The notes below the pieces were generated by a model. It searched no databases. It worked only from the letters and a program-made list of their open reading frames with translations, and was not told the origin of the DNA. DNA of 64,000 bases from Escherichia phage myPSH2311, in the sequence record MG976803.1. One strand, 5' to 3'. Of the stretch, positions 30,079 to 41,589 are shown one piece after another. The stretch's first letter is position 1. Each line of letters begins with the position of its first letter. The position numbers and the translations under genes are program-made.

Positions 30079-30930
30079 TAATCCAATCTAGGTCTGATAC
30101 TGCTGATTCAATAGTTGAGTCATTAAACAGTAGATATGTTTTTCTCTGTTCGCCTTCAATATACGAGCGAGAATCTCTATCAAAAGAACAACCATCTCTA
30201 AGAACTTGGACAACTTGGACATTGAAATTCTTTTCTAGTTCTCGTACCTCTGCATCAAAGCCTCCGTCAGTGAAAACAATAATGTCGTCCTGACCCAGCC
30301 CTTCTTGTTTGATGCTCTCTACAGCAAGATTCCCCATATGGTTGTTGCCAAACATAGGTTTTAAGAAGTCTTCACTTGTAGAAATCATCAAATCTCTTAC
30401 AGACTTCCCTCCCCATTCTGGTCTAGGCTTTTCTTTCCATTCACGATCTTCATAGAGTGCTAGAAAGTTTTCTAGAGGCATACCCAATGCAGCAGCAGCT
30501 ACATTATACATCGGCTCCTTGAAAGACTTGGTTGAATATCCATGATGGTATGAGTGTGCATTTACCCAAGCACTAGCTATCGTATCTTTACCACAACCCG
30601 GAGGCCCATTAAGAATTACCACTAAAGGTTTATATTGGGAGCATTCCACCATATTAGTCAGTGCTGGATTGCCTTGAGATTCCATTTCTAATTGCTCCGT
30701 GTGGTCATGTGAGTAGTCTACTGGAGAAGTTTTGTTACCAGTAACTTTAGGTAAAATCGCTCTAGTTGTTTCTACGTATTTACCGCCATCAATATTGATT
30801 TGAAACTCTACAAGCTCATTCTGTAACTCATATCCTGATAAGTTGGATAGCTCCTCCAACTCATCTCTGACGAAATTTAAATGTTTGATTTTAATTGCAA
30901 GAGCTTTCTTTAAAGCTTTTACCTCTTCAT

Positions 30931-30940
<10 letters not shown>
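30041..30940 (-). CDS. P-loop nucleotide/polynucleotide kinase-like protein
   Basis: 299 aa; Walker A LNGPPGCGKDT; N-terminal coiled coil. Confidence 0.5.
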
Positions 30941-32182
<1,242 letters not shown>

Positions 32183-32430
32183 AATGCATCTCTTTATAAA
32201 TAGTTTCCGTGTTCTTCTTCCAGTTAGATAAACCGGTAAGAACCCTCTGAGCAACTTCATCAGCTGCCCTACTTCTTTCAATCTCTAACTCTTGCTGGTG
32301 CTTCTCTTTGTCCAGATTACTGCTGTCTGTTTGGTACTCGTTAAACTTCATACCACCAAAGAATACAAGAGCTGAGAAAATGATAAACCCTATATTATCA
32401 CTTAATGTACTTTGCATACTGTCTCCAACG

Positions 32431-32452
32431 AAAAAAGCCACCCGAAGGTGGC
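32431..32452 (-). terminator. rho-independent terminator
   Basis: GCCACC CGAA GGTGGC hairpin with T-tract on the minus strand. Confidence 0.65.
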
Positions 32453-32474
32453 TAAGCTATAACAAGGAGAGTTA

Positions 32475-33221
32475 TCAGAAAGGCGAATCGTTATCATCTT
32501 CATAAGTAGAAGCAGGCTCTTTATCAATCGTAGGAATTGAAGGAGTAGCTTCTTTCTGTTCTGTTTCAGAAGCACGAGTAATTTCACGACCAGCCAGAGG
32601 CATGTTCTTAGCGTCATTAGCTTGAGTAAGCAGATTGCGCTGGAACGGGAACATCAGTTGATAAGATGCTACGTTCTCGTCGGTTTCAGCATACGGTTCG
32701 AAGAATACCAGAGGACTACGAGCTTCACCAACTGCTGCACGATATTTAGTTGGGATTGGAGAAATGGTCTTGATGGAGTTTTTAACTTCACCAGCTTTGT
32801 TAGTGTAAGAGTTAACCAGAATGTTAACAGGCTGACCTAACAGAACATCCTTGAACCAAGACAGATCACCTTTCAGTGCTTGAATACTTGGGTCAACCAT
32901 CTTGCAAAGATCAAGAATACCAGAGTTCTTAGCTCGTGGGTTTACATCATAGCTCTTGAACTGGCAAGCCGGACGTGGTTCTAATGCCTTACCATCGGAA
33001 TCTTTACCAGTAGCATCAACACCAATCAGCTCGAAAGCTAAATCCATACGGAAAGCCGGATTCTTAGGAGTTACTGCTTTGGTCTTCGGGTCAATCCAAG
33101 GGTCACGATTGTGAACACCCAAACCTACTACACGAACGATACGTGCTTCGTATTCACCATCAGGGATTACATCGTAGTTGGATTTACGGGAAGAAGTTGC
33201 GATAGTTGGAATCATAGACAT
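32475..33221 (-). CDS. single-stranded DNA-binding protein (T7 gp2.5-like)
   Basis: 248 aa; acidic C-terminal tail ending in Phe (TYEDDNDSPF); RBS AAGGAAAT. Confidence 0.45.
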   Translation of the reverse strand: MSMIPTIATSSRKSNYDVIPDGEYEARIVRVVGLGVHNRDPWIDPKTKAVTPKNPAFRMDLAFELIGVDATGKDSDGKALEPRPACQFKSYDVNPRAKNSGILDLCKMVDPSIQALKGDLSWFKDVLLGQPVNILVNSYTNKAGEVKNSIKTISPIPTKYRAAVGEARSPLVFFEPYAETDENVASYQLMFPFQRNLLTQANDAKNMPLAGREITRASETEQKEATPSIPTIDKEPASTYEDDNDSPF

Positions 33222-33783
33222 AGTGTAATTTCCTTATTTAATTTGAAAGATTGTTGCTCTCTTTGAGCGGTTATGTATAATATACATTACATATATAGTG
33301 TAGGAACTACCGGAAGGTAGTAGGTTTTGTCCAAACAAAAGTCTCTTTAGAATTATTTGTTGGAGATTGTCTCTTATAAACCCGAGACTGCCTAGCAGTT
33401 ACATAAGCTCTAGCTTTTTCTGTAGCTGCATACTTATGGTTAAATTTCATGGTAGTATATCTCTAAGTGCTATAATGTATATAAGTTATAGCTGATAAAG
33501 TTATTGCACGGGACTGACGACGATAAGGCGCAGACGACAATCTCTCATAAGTTTGTAAGAAATTGAGAGACTACCGGAAGGGCAGGAGCCACCTGCGAGA
33601 TAAAAATAGAGAATTAAGGAATCCTTGATTTAGGTTGTAGGGACTCCTAGGGACTTTGATTCTCTATTTAAAAGAATATTAATTACTTATTACCTAAATA
33701 ATTAACTAACTTACTTAAACCAAATTCAATAAGAATAGATAAAAAGATTATTCCTAAGAAAGCTAAAAAGTAAAGGATATAAG
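33222..33783. promoter_or_regulatory. AT-rich 560-bp non-coding region with repeated motif
   Basis: no ORF over 50 aa with SD; ACTACCGGAAGG occurs twice; extended -10-like TGCTATAAT. Confidence 0.4.
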
Positions 33784-34032
33784 TTACCATTCAAGTAAAC
33801 CTTTAAAGTTAGATTTTTCTACTATCCTCTGATAACGAAGATTAGAATCAGCTTGTTTCTTTAACATCTCATTATACTGATCTCTGATAGAGTCTTTATG
33901 TACTACAGGTTCTTTAAATAACGAGATCTTGTTCTTTTCTTCTTTCATCAAAGACCTTCCTAATCTCTTGCAGAGAAACAGCTTTATAGTTAATTTGCTC
34001 CATTGATGTACAGAAATATCTCCAATCATCAA
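33784..34032 (-). CDS. hypothetical protein
   Basis: 82 aa ORF overlapping the 3-prime end of the phosphoesterase ORF; start uncertain. Confidence 0.3.
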   Translation of the reverse strand: MMIGDISVHQWSKLTIKLFLCKRLGRSLMKEEKNKISLFKEPVVHKDSIRDQYNEMLKKQADSNLRYQRIVEKSNFKGLLEW

Positions 34033-34417
34033 TTACGTGGTTATGAGTATGAGCATAAATATTAAACTTCCCTCTCATCTCATCAGTGTGAATAGGAATA
34101 TGAGTTACCCAAAACTCTTTATATTTATAATCACCAGAGATTCTACGGAAGACTTTCATCATATCAGGGAGAAGTTCTAACCTGTCATGGTTCCCTAAGA
34201 CTAGATGCTTCTCTCCTCTTACTTCAGCGATGATATCAAGGGCATACTTTTCAAACACCCAATCACCGGTAAAGAAGATTTTATCACGTTTAGTTACATG
34301 ATCAAATGCAGCTAGGATTGCTTTGTCATGTTCTTCGATGGTTTTAAATTGCTTACGAAAACTACAGATGTTGCGATGGCCTAAGTGACCATCCCCTGCA
34401 AAATAAACTTCAGCCAT
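33914..34417 (-). CDS. metallophosphoesterase (calcineurin-like)
   Basis: GDGHLGH, FFTGDWV, LVLGNHD motifs. Confidence 0.6.
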   Translation of the reverse strand: MAEVYFAGDGHLGHRNICSFRKQFKTIEEHDKAILAAFDHVTKRDKIFFTGDWVFEKYALDIIAEVRGEKHLVLGNHDRLELLPDMMKVFRRISGDYKYKEFWVTHIPIHTDEMRGKFNIYAHTHNHVIDDWRYFCTSMEQINYKAVSLQEIRKVFDERRKEQDLVI

Positions 34418-34426
34418 AAAGACCTC

Positions 34427-34723
34427 TTAGATAGTTAATTTGTGATCTTCCTCCGCTCTGTTTCTAACAGAGACGGCTTCTTCTAGGGTTGAGAAAGTTC
34501 CTAGGTATTTAGTTTTCGTTGAAAGGCTTAAGGCTTTTGGCATAGCTGCAAAATGGGCCCGTTAATATGACCCGTTAAAGGCTTTTTTGGCATGCGTAAA
34601 AGGCTTGCTTAAATTTCCTGCCTCATCACCCCGCCTGCATTTTGTTCCGTTGCGAATTCTCCAGAACACTTTCCCAGATGATAAATCACAAACAAAGAAC
34701 TCATCCAGAAGATCTTCTATCAT
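34427..34723 (-). pseudogene. HNH-AP2 homing endonuclease remnant with internal filler
   Basis: 5-prime 26 codons MIEDLLDEFFVCDLSSGKVFWR and 3-prime end KYLGTFSTLEEAVSVRNRAEED flank a GC-rich filler at about 34515-34645. Confidence 0.5.
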
Positions 34724-34935
34724 ATCATGCAACCATCGCAAGTTAAGTCACCTAGCAGGGACAGGGAAAGTAATCTGGATTGCTCATCGCTGTATAGTTG
34801 ATCAATCTCTTCTTTAAGTTTTGCCAACTCCATAAAGTTAATGAGCTGACCATGTTCGAGGCAGTCTGTTTTTAGTACGAACAAAACTTCAGCGTTGGTT
34901 GAGTCTTCACTTGAGTATTTATCAATGTATTCCAT
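34720..34935 (-). CDS. hypothetical protein
   Basis: 71 aa ORF. Confidence 0.35.
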   Translation of the reverse strand: MEYIDKYSSEDSTNAEVLFVLKTDCLEHGQLINFMELAKLKEEIDQLYSDEQSRLLSLSLLGDLTCDGCMI

Positions 34936-34937
34936 TT

Positions 34938-35159
34938 TTATGCCACATCTCCTTGTTTGTTGTTAATAATATCCAGTGCTGTATAAGCTTTACCTGTTCC
35001 TAAGTATTCCAAAACTGGAGGACTCTTCTTTTCTTCAGCGACTACATAAGGTGTGATCTTCCCTTTCAGTACAGCCTGAGATGCTTTAGCACTGTCTTCA
35101 GAGGTATGAATAGTAGTAAGCCCTTTCTTTCCAATTCTATAAGTGTGAACCCAAATCAT
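34938..35159 (-). CDS. hypothetical protein
   Basis: 73 aa ORF. Confidence 0.35.
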   Translation of the reverse strand: MIWVHTYRIGKKGLTTIHTSEDSAKASQAVLKGKITPYVVAEEKKSPPVLEYLGTGKAYTALDIINNKQGDVA

Positions 35160-35319
35160 TCTTCTTCCTCATATTCCCAATTTCTTTCATAATATCCAGA
35201 GTTATAGTTTAGGGCGCACTTCTCGGCCTCTTCTATGTCGTCGGTGTTTAGGATATTCACCCACCCTCCAGCTTCATCAAAACCTTCTTCTTCCTCGTTA
35301 ATCCATACACTATATTTCT

Positions 35320-35730
35320 TCATCGAATCACCAAAGGCTCTTCAGAGTACACAGGAGCGGCTATTTCTACAGGAGGTGCTGCCCTAAGGTCATTAAGTCT
35401 TACGCCCTTCAGCATACCGTCTAGGTGGTCCTTTTTGGGGATTCCAACAGGGAAGTCATCAATCCAGATATCGACGAAGAAGCCTAACTGTCGACACACC
35501 TCATCCTTCTGCACACCATTACAAAAGATGACAGGGATTTGCAGGGTCTCTGCATCATAGAGGATATCCACGTTATCATAACCATTAGGCTCTGAGAAAC
35601 GGAAAGTCACGAATCTTACATCATGTCCATACCCTTTCATCAATCCTATCACATCTCTCCACAGTCGTCTGTCTGCTGTGTAAGTGTCATCATAATCTAA
35701 ACCAATATTCATGTCAAACCCTTTAGACAA
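35320..35730 (-). CDS. HAD-like phosphatase, putative
   Basis: 136 aa; N-terminal IGLDYDDTYT resembles HAD motif I (DxDxT). Confidence 0.35.
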   Translation of the reverse strand: MSKGFDMNIGLDYDDTYTADRRLWRDVIGLMKGYGHDVRFVTFRFSEPNGYDNVDILYDAETLQIPVIFCNGVQKDEVCRQLGFFVDIWIDDFPVGIPKKDHLDGMLKGVRLNDLRAAPPVEIAAPVYSEEPLVIR

Positions 35731-35752
35731 GAAAAGCCGCCCGAAGGCAGCT
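35731..35752 (-). terminator. putative terminator
   Basis: AGCCGCC CGAA GGCAGCT hairpin with A-run on plus strand. Confidence 0.45.
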
Positions 35753-35944
35753 TCTTATTTAACTGTTCACTTTAGCTTCAAGTGTTTCGTTTTCAATACT
35801 CAAGTCAATCACTACACCAGTAAGCTCAACGACTGCTTGGCGAAGGGCATCTTTACCCATAGAGTGTACTTGAGATAAGAAGAAAGCTTTACCTTCTTCA
35901 GTGGATAGGGTTTCTTTTAATTCAGAAGCAGTCATTGATATTCC

Positions 35945-36139
35945 TTATGTTATGTTATAAATTCGCATGATTGTACCACCGGTTAGTTCAATTTCGGCAA
36001 TCTTCTCATCTCGTTCTAAATCTGTATACACTAGCACATTCTCAAATACACCTGTTGCGTCAGTATAAAGGATGTTATACTTCGGAGGTGGCTTACGGTA
36101 GATACCTTCCATCACTCTTTCTCCTCTCGTTCTTTCCAC
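35945..36139 (-). CDS. hypothetical protein
   Basis: 64 aa ORF. Confidence 0.3.
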   Translation of the reverse strand: MERTRGERVMEGIYRKPPPKYNILYTDATGVFENVLVYTDLERDEKIAEIELTGGTIMRIYNIT

Positions 36140-36295
36140 AGTTCAGCAAGTTCTAAATAAAACTCAGCTTCATCAGGACGTCCTTGTTCATTACAGATGG
36201 CGCTCTGACGATAACACCAATCCGATGGCATCTCTTCCACTTCAATCTCCTTGTTACGAACCAATCAATAAGAATAGTTCATTCATCTTATTTAT

Positions 36296-36487
36296 TCACT
36301 CTACCAATGCAGGTACTTCTATCCTTTTAACTGTGAATGACTTGTTTGGAAACTTTCGAACTAGCTCTGCTGCTTTGGTTATTGCTAAGTTCTCTGTCTC
36401 AAAGATACACAGTTGACCATTTAATGCTACGAGAGTGGAGCCACCACTGTAGATGGCCCAAGATTGATAATAACCACGAACACTCAT
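36296..36487 (-). CDS. hypothetical protein
   Basis: 63 aa ORF just downstream of polymerase. Confidence 0.35.
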   Translation of the reverse strand: MSVRGYYQSWAIYSGGSTLVALNGQLCIFETENLAITKAAELVRKFPNKSFTVKRIEVPALVE

Positions 36488-36495
36488 AACTCACC

Positions 36496-38340
36496 TTAGT
36501 GCGTATGCATCCAGTTAAGTCCAATCTGACAATCAGAGGCCAGAGGACATTCCATATTCAAATACTCACCAGCCTTCTTAACACAAAGCTCGGTGTGCTC
36601 TTTGAGTTTCTGTACATCGTTACGATTAACTGAGAACTGGCCCTCGTCGTGCATATCAATTACCTTAGCACAACGAACTCCATCCTTCTCAATCCACTTG
36701 TTAAGGAACATCATAGCGTATTTCATAACAACAGCACCAGCACATTGCAGGAGAGTGTTAAGTGCTTTATGAACCATAACTTTACCAGTGGCATCTCGTC
36801 TCATTGTAATCTTACGACCATCAACACCAATCAAGTATCCTTGAGCAGCTTTCTCTGTCATACGATCAATGAGGATTGCAATACATGGGTTCTCTGCCAA
36901 GAAACGTGCTCGCATCACTGAACCTTCGTCAGCCCCACCACCTACAATTGAGCCAAGCTTAGCGTCGCCAGCACCGTAGTTGAATGCATAGATAAACGTT
37001 TTAGCATTGTCACGAGTAGGAAGACCAGCAAGTTTCTGGTTGTGGGAGTGGATATCACCTTCAAGGAGAATATCACGATACATAATAGCAGAAGCTAAAC
37101 CACGTTCTGCCAGAGCTTTCTTAGCTGGGTTGTTCTCTTCGATTGCCTCAGCAAGCATATCCCTACACTCTTTAATGAGGTAGTGAGCTAGCATACGAAG
37201 TTCAAGTCCAGAACCATCATACCCTAAGAATACTTCTTTGCCAGCGGGTATGTAATATTTGTAAGCACCTATAGGTTTGTCTTTCTTCCCCGGCTTACCT
37301 TTCTCGTAAATTACGTTAGTACCTTTTCGTATATAACAACCATCAGGAACAACGTTAGTAATAACGAAAGGATGAGAATGATCACTGTCTGAGTTATAGT
37401 CAGACTCAAACAAACTGCGGCACTCGTGACCAAACAAACCACGGGAGGGAATATTAACCACGATACGATGTTTGAATCGAAAAGTCGGCGTAGCGCAGCT
37501 GTTAGCTTCTGCCGAAAGTTTACCATCTTCGCGCTCCTTTGCTATGAGTCCACTGATAAGACCTAGCCTGTGAGCCGCTACAACGCGTCTCTTAAGCAAA
37601 CTTCCGACACTCCCTAGCTCACCCCCTAACCCTTCTTCAAGGGTCTCCTCGAGGTTTGTAGGAGCTGTAGGCCACTTGTTTGATGTGGCTAGTGCTTTCT
37701 TAATCTCATCAAACGTTACAGGATTACGGCGATTAGGGTTTAATCCCAAACCAAATACGTAAGCCTTCATATAATTCTTAGTTTTAAACCTGAAATGCTT
37801 TTCTAAGAACTTCTTAATATCAGCGTCAACCATCTCGGCTGTCTGCTTCTGCTTAGCATTGCCTCGCATCCAAGCAGTATACCATGCTTGGTACGTTCCA
37901 TACTTTCTCATATCTTTCTTGATTTCGAAAGTATTCCAAGGCTTCTTAGATACGTTAAACTCTGGAGGAAGAAATCCCTCATCCATAAGAGCTTCTTTAA
38001 CTCGTGCATCTTTCGATGGGTCAAAGTCTACGTATTCGACACAGGTGAAAGCTCCACCAATGTCTTCCCTCTTCAGCCCAACCCTATCACAATAGGCTTG
38101 AGGCCACTTCTGTAAAGCTCCAGACTTCTTAAACGGCTTCATATAAGTAGAGCCATCTAATCTCATCTTAGGTAAGAGAGGAATCAGTTCTTTGTCAATA
38201 TTAACAATAATCTCTTTAAGGAGGTGAACATACCACCGAGCATTTCTTCGGTTGAAACTCACTCCGTGCTTTGCTTGCTTAGAGATTATATCAGCGACAG
38301 TCATCTCTGTCAAAAATGGAAGAGCGTCCGGGTTGCTCAC
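36496..38340 (-). CDS. DNA polymerase, family A (polymerase domain only)
   Basis: 614 aa; motif A GYDGSGLELR, motif B RDNAKTFIYAFNYGAG, motif C IDMHDEG. Confidence 0.85.
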   Translation of the reverse strand: MSNPDALPFLTEMTVADIISKQAKHGVSFNRRNARWYVHLLKEIIVNIDKELIPLLPKMRLDGSTYMKPFKKSGALQKWPQAYCDRVGLKREDIGGAFTCVEYVDFDPSKDARVKEALMDEGFLPPEFNVSKKPWNTFEIKKDMRKYGTYQAWYTAWMRGNAKQKQTAEMVDADIKKFLEKHFRFKTKNYMKAYVFGLGLNPNRRNPVTFDEIKKALATSNKWPTAPTNLEETLEEGLGGELGSVGSLLKRRVVAAHRLGLISGLIAKEREDGKLSAEANSCATPTFRFKHRIVVNIPSRGLFGHECRSLFESDYNSDSDHSHPFVITNVVPDGCYIRKGTNVIYEKGKPGKKDKPIGAYKYYIPAGKEVFLGYDGSGLELRMLAHYLIKECRDMLAEAIEENNPAKKALAERGLASAIMYRDILLEGDIHSHNQKLAGLPTRDNAKTFIYAFNYGAGDAKLGSIVGGGADEGSVMRARFLAENPCIAILIDRMTEKAAQGYLIGVDGRKITMRRDATGKVMVHKALNTLLQCAGAVVMKYAMMFLNKWIEKDGVRCAKVIDMHDEGQFSVNRNDVQKLKEHTELCVKKAGEYLNMECPLASDCQIGLNWMHTH

Positions 38341-38356
38341 TTTATACTCCTTTAAA

Positions 38357-38779
38357 TTATTGGTAAAGTAAATCTGTAAATGCTTGGTTATCTTCTACTA
38401 CATTCAGCATGGTTGCTTCATCACTATAAGCCCTAACTGTCCCGTTGACAACTGTCCAAGGAGGGGGCGGAGGTGGTGTATGTGTAGCTCTGGCTTCACG
38501 AGGTTGTTCTCGTACCAGATGAGCCACAACCCTCTGATTAGCAACTTCTTCTCTTTCTCTAATAGCTCTCTGAATGTAGGCCAGCTTCATACCCCAAGCT
38601 TCTTCAAACTCTTGAGGGTGTTTATCACTGATAACCACATACTGACGTTCAGGAATACCAGAGCGAATCTCTGATAATAATTCATGGAACAAATCTAGTT
38701 CATGTTCAGTGAGATTCATTTCGATATCATCCCACTTGAGAACTAAGAAACGGTTTTGGTGTCTAGCTGGTAATGGCAT
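38357..38779 (-). CDS. hypothetical protein
   Basis: 140 aa ORF. Confidence 0.4.
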   Translation of the reverse strand: MPLPARHQNRFLVLKWDDIEMNLTEHELDLFHELLSEIRSGIPERQYVVISDKHPQEFEEAWGMKLAYIQRAIREREEVANQRVVAHLVREQPREARATHTPPPPPPWTVVNGTVRAYSDEATMLNVVEDNQAFTDLLYQ

Positions 38780-38942
38780 CCTACTCCACCTCTACTTCAA
38801 TGTAAGTTCTCTCACCGACGTCATCTTTTAAGACCCATGACTTGGCATCTTCTTCAGACTTAAAAGCTTTCACAACGCTGTAACCACCTTCCCATTCATC
38901 ACCGAACCAGCGCTGTCCTACGTAAATGTATTCTTTCATTAC

Positions 38943-39227
38943 TCAACCTTTTGGGAATGGCATCAAAAATTCCATAGCAGATTTAATCTCATTATTGATT
39001 CGTGAATCACGATAAGAGATAAACTTACCTTTGCTATCACGTAACATCACATGGGTTCTGGCTGTTTTGTGAGGGAGCAATGTGATACTAGTTGGAATAG
39101 CATCAATCCCTACAGCGTATTTGTCAATAGTCTTACTTTCAGCCAACAGATAAGACCAAGTACGCGGTTTCTGCTCCGGGCGGTTAGGGTATGTGTCCCG
39201 AATTTGAACCATAGCTAACTTATTCAT
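38943..39227 (-). CDS. small protein, paralog pair member 1
   Basis: 94 aa, ends FLMPFPKG; similar to next ORF. Confidence 0.4.
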   Translation of the reverse strand: MNKLAMVQIRDTYPNRPEQKPRTWSYLLAESKTIDKYAVGIDAIPTSITLLPHKTARTHVMLRDSKGKFISYRDSRINNEIKSAMEFLMPFPKG

Positions 39228-39228
39228 A

Positions 39229-39483
39229 TTAAACTCCTTTAGGGAATGGGATGAGATTTTCTACTGCAACACGGAAAGATTTTTCTACGTTCTTATTCTT
39301 ATAAGAGATAAATTTTCCATCAGCTCCTCGAAGGAGTACGTTAGTGCGAGCTGTATTTGGGTTTTGTTGAATCATAGAACGAATGATGTTCTCTGAACCT
39401 CTATGCTTATTGGTGAATTTCCAACTGATAGTTTTACCGGTACGAGTTACATCAATGATATTTACGATTTTTACAATAGACAT
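39229..39483 (-). CDS. small protein, paralog pair member 2
   Basis: 84 aa, ends LIPFPKGV; shares TART.V.LR..GKFISY core. Confidence 0.4.
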   Translation of the reverse strand: MSIVKIVNIIDVTRTGKTISWKFTNKHRGSENIIRSMIQQNPNTARTNVLLRGADGKFISYKNKNVEKSFRVAVENLIPFPKGV

Positions 39484-39552
39484 ATTTATTACCTAAGAAG
39501 TTTAATTTGGTTTATATAAAAGAAAAGGCCACCTGATTAGGCAGCCTTTGTT

Positions 39553-39846
39553 CTAGAGACGAAGCCAAGTTTGATAGTCAGCTTCAGTGTAATGGTTGTT
39601 TCGAGAGTTGTTTTTCATTTCCTTGAGAGTAGCTCTCAGGTCAATGTTATGCTCTCTCCTTGTTCTATTCGGGTCTGTATCTTCTAATAGATGGGAGTGA
39701 TCACTACAAGAGTAGTGCTTATAGTGGTCCCTGTATCCTCTACTTGGAGAATACTTGGTCATTAAAGTTGCAACTCTTTTTACACCCTCTGCTTTACAGA
39801 ATTTACAATAAGTGTGAATTGTACATCTTTTTGTTTCTGCTGACAC
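39553..39846 (-). CDS. Cys/His-rich hypothetical protein
   Basis: 97 aa with CTIHTYCKFC. Confidence 0.35.
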   Translation of the reverse strand: MSAETKRCTIHTYCKFCKAEGVKRVATLMTKYSPSRGYRDHYKHYSCSDHSHLLEDTDPNRTRREHNIDLRATLKEMKNNSRNNHYTEADYQTWLRL

Positions 39847-39856
39847 TATAACCTCT

Positions 39857-40292
39857 TTATGAGCTTAAAGCTCCTTTGCGTGCTCCAGCTGCTTTTCCAG
39901 CTCGATCACCACTTTTGCCGCCGTTTGAACGGTTTGAGCTGACTGATTCAACACGTAAGTTGCTTGACGCATTAGAGCCTCCAGACTTGACAGCTCGTTT
40001 GTGTCCAACGTCTTTACCTCTGACAGCAGCTTTTCCATCGCGCTTTTCAACGATGCGACGTGCACGGTGGCGCTGAGCATCTCCGCTCTTGCTCCCAATT
40101 CCCGTTTCACCGCGCTTGATCGCAGTCCTTCTTTCTTGTGCATAATCTCTCTTTCCTACATGATCTGCCATTAGATTTCTCCTGTTGGGCAATGACGTTA
40201 AACGCCCGTTGTGGCCCAAAATTGGCGCCCAAAATTGGGGCTTAATGCGTGCGTAATTTTTGGGCCAAATTAAGGCCGTATATAATAACAGC
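39857..40292. other. GC-rich segment fused in frame to the PhoH ORF; coding status unclear
   Basis: two overlapping minus-strand frames both look protein-like; local GC well above phage average. Confidence 0.4.
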
Positions 40293-40840
40293 TGAGAGGT
40301 TTCTCCCAATCGAGTCATGATTGAGAAGGCTTCATCTTTAGTGGTGTTCTGGAACTCATCAACAATAACAATAGCATCATTGAAAGAACGACCACGGAGA
40401 TATTCCAGAGGTACAAACTCAATGTTACCATTTCCGATTTGGCATTCATAGAATCCCTTACCATATCGCTGAGTAATAACATCAATGATAGGCATCAGGT
40501 AAGGTTCAAACTTCTCACGCATTCCTCCCGGAAGTAACCCAAGAGAGTTGCCCATGCCGACAGAAGGGCGACTCAGAATGATCTTCTGAATCTTACCGCT
40601 CTTCAGTGCATCAATAACTGTGGAAGTGATTACAAAGGTCTTACCACAGCCCGCAGGAGCGTCTGTGAACACAACTTGTTTAGTCTTAATAGCATTGAGT
40701 AGCTCAGACTGAAACTGGTTCTGAGGGACTACAGGCTTTGCTAAAACCACCTCTTCATACTCTCGCTTACCTTTACGAGTAACAAGTGCTTCCCGACGAA
40801 GGTCTTTCCGTGATTCTTTCCGTGATTGACGACGACTCAT
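40293..40840 (-). CDS. phoH: PhoH-like ATPase, C-terminally disrupted
   Basis: Walker A DAPAGCGKTF, Walker B IVIVDEFQN, TRLGETSQ; conserved C-terminal region replaced. Confidence 0.6.
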
Positions 40841-41022
40841 TTACGCTCTCCAATTTCTTCGTAATGACACTCAGTAGTTAAGCAGTCTTTACAGATTGCT
40901 GTATAAACCCTGACGTTAGTAAATCGTTTGTTCTTCCCTTTGGTTGGAGAGCCTTTGGCAAGCTCTCTGATAACCTTGTTACTTAAATGAAGGTTTGTTC
41001 CTTCACATTTAGAGCACTTCAT
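40837..41022 (-). CDS. zinc-ribbon protein
   Basis: 61 aa with CSKCEG and CKDC pairs. Confidence 0.4.
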   Translation of the reverse strand: MKCSKCEGTNLHLSNKVIRELAKGSPTKGKNKRFTNVRVYTAICKDCLTTECHYEEIGERK

Positions 41023-41338
41023 GGTTCATATCTTTATGAATCCTGTAAACAGCTGTCGCCATACAAGCAACAGCCTCGTTGTGTGGGAGGTGCATCCCTG
41101 TAGAACCATCCCAATCTTTGAACTCATTGTCAAAGACTCCGGTAGGCTCTGGATATAGAGCTTGCAGCTCCACTAGATCATTAGCAACTTGTTGCCATTT
41201 ATCATCAGACCAGATAGGGTCATCCAACCAGTAATACAAATAGGAATGGATGATCAATTGCCTTCTATGCCGATTGATTACTTCAGCGGGACTTATCTCA
41301 CTTCCATTTGAAGTCCTAAATGTATTACTGTCAATCAT
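41009..41338 (-). CDS. hypothetical protein
   Basis: 109 aa ORF. Confidence 0.4.
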   Translation of the reverse strand: MIDSNTFRTSNGSEISPAEVINRHRRQLIIHSYLYYWLDDPIWSDDKWQQVANDLVELQALYPEPTGVFDNEFKDWDGSTGMHLPHNEAVACMATAVYRIHKDMNHEVL

Positions 41339-41589
41339 TTCACAACCTTAAATTTGAATGTTGTTGGGTGATAATAATGCAACCTATTGATAGTGTGCTT
41401 TGTTTCGAGATATATCCTGCAAGAGTGGCACATGACATGGGTCAGACCAGTTACAGGGTTAGGTTTGAAGTTGGCGACAGGCTTCTCTTTCTTACAGAAG
41501 CTACAGACTTTCTTTTCCATCTTTTCTCCAGTGGTCAACGAATTGCTGAAACACCTTATGGTCGAATGTGAAACCACGAGCAATCCCAC
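41335..41589 (-). CDS. zinc-finger protein
   Basis: 84 aa with CSFC and CHSC pairs. Confidence 0.35.
   Translation of the reverse strand: MGLLVVSHSTIRCFSNSLTTGEKMEKKVCSFCKKEKPVANFKPNPVTGLTHVMCHSCRIYLETKHTINRLHYYHPTTFKFKVVK

Noticed and set aside
36649-36921. Plus-strand ORFs inside minus-strand genes (also 37859-38115, 38384-38674, 43648-43845, 47821-48411, 53825-54319, 58032-58343)
   Set aside because: Antisense to polymerase, helicase, ATP-grasp and other supported genes.
39876-40076. 66-aa plus-strand ORF in the GC-rich segment after phoH
   Set aside because: Pro/Arg-rich product typical of antisense translation of GC-rich DNA.
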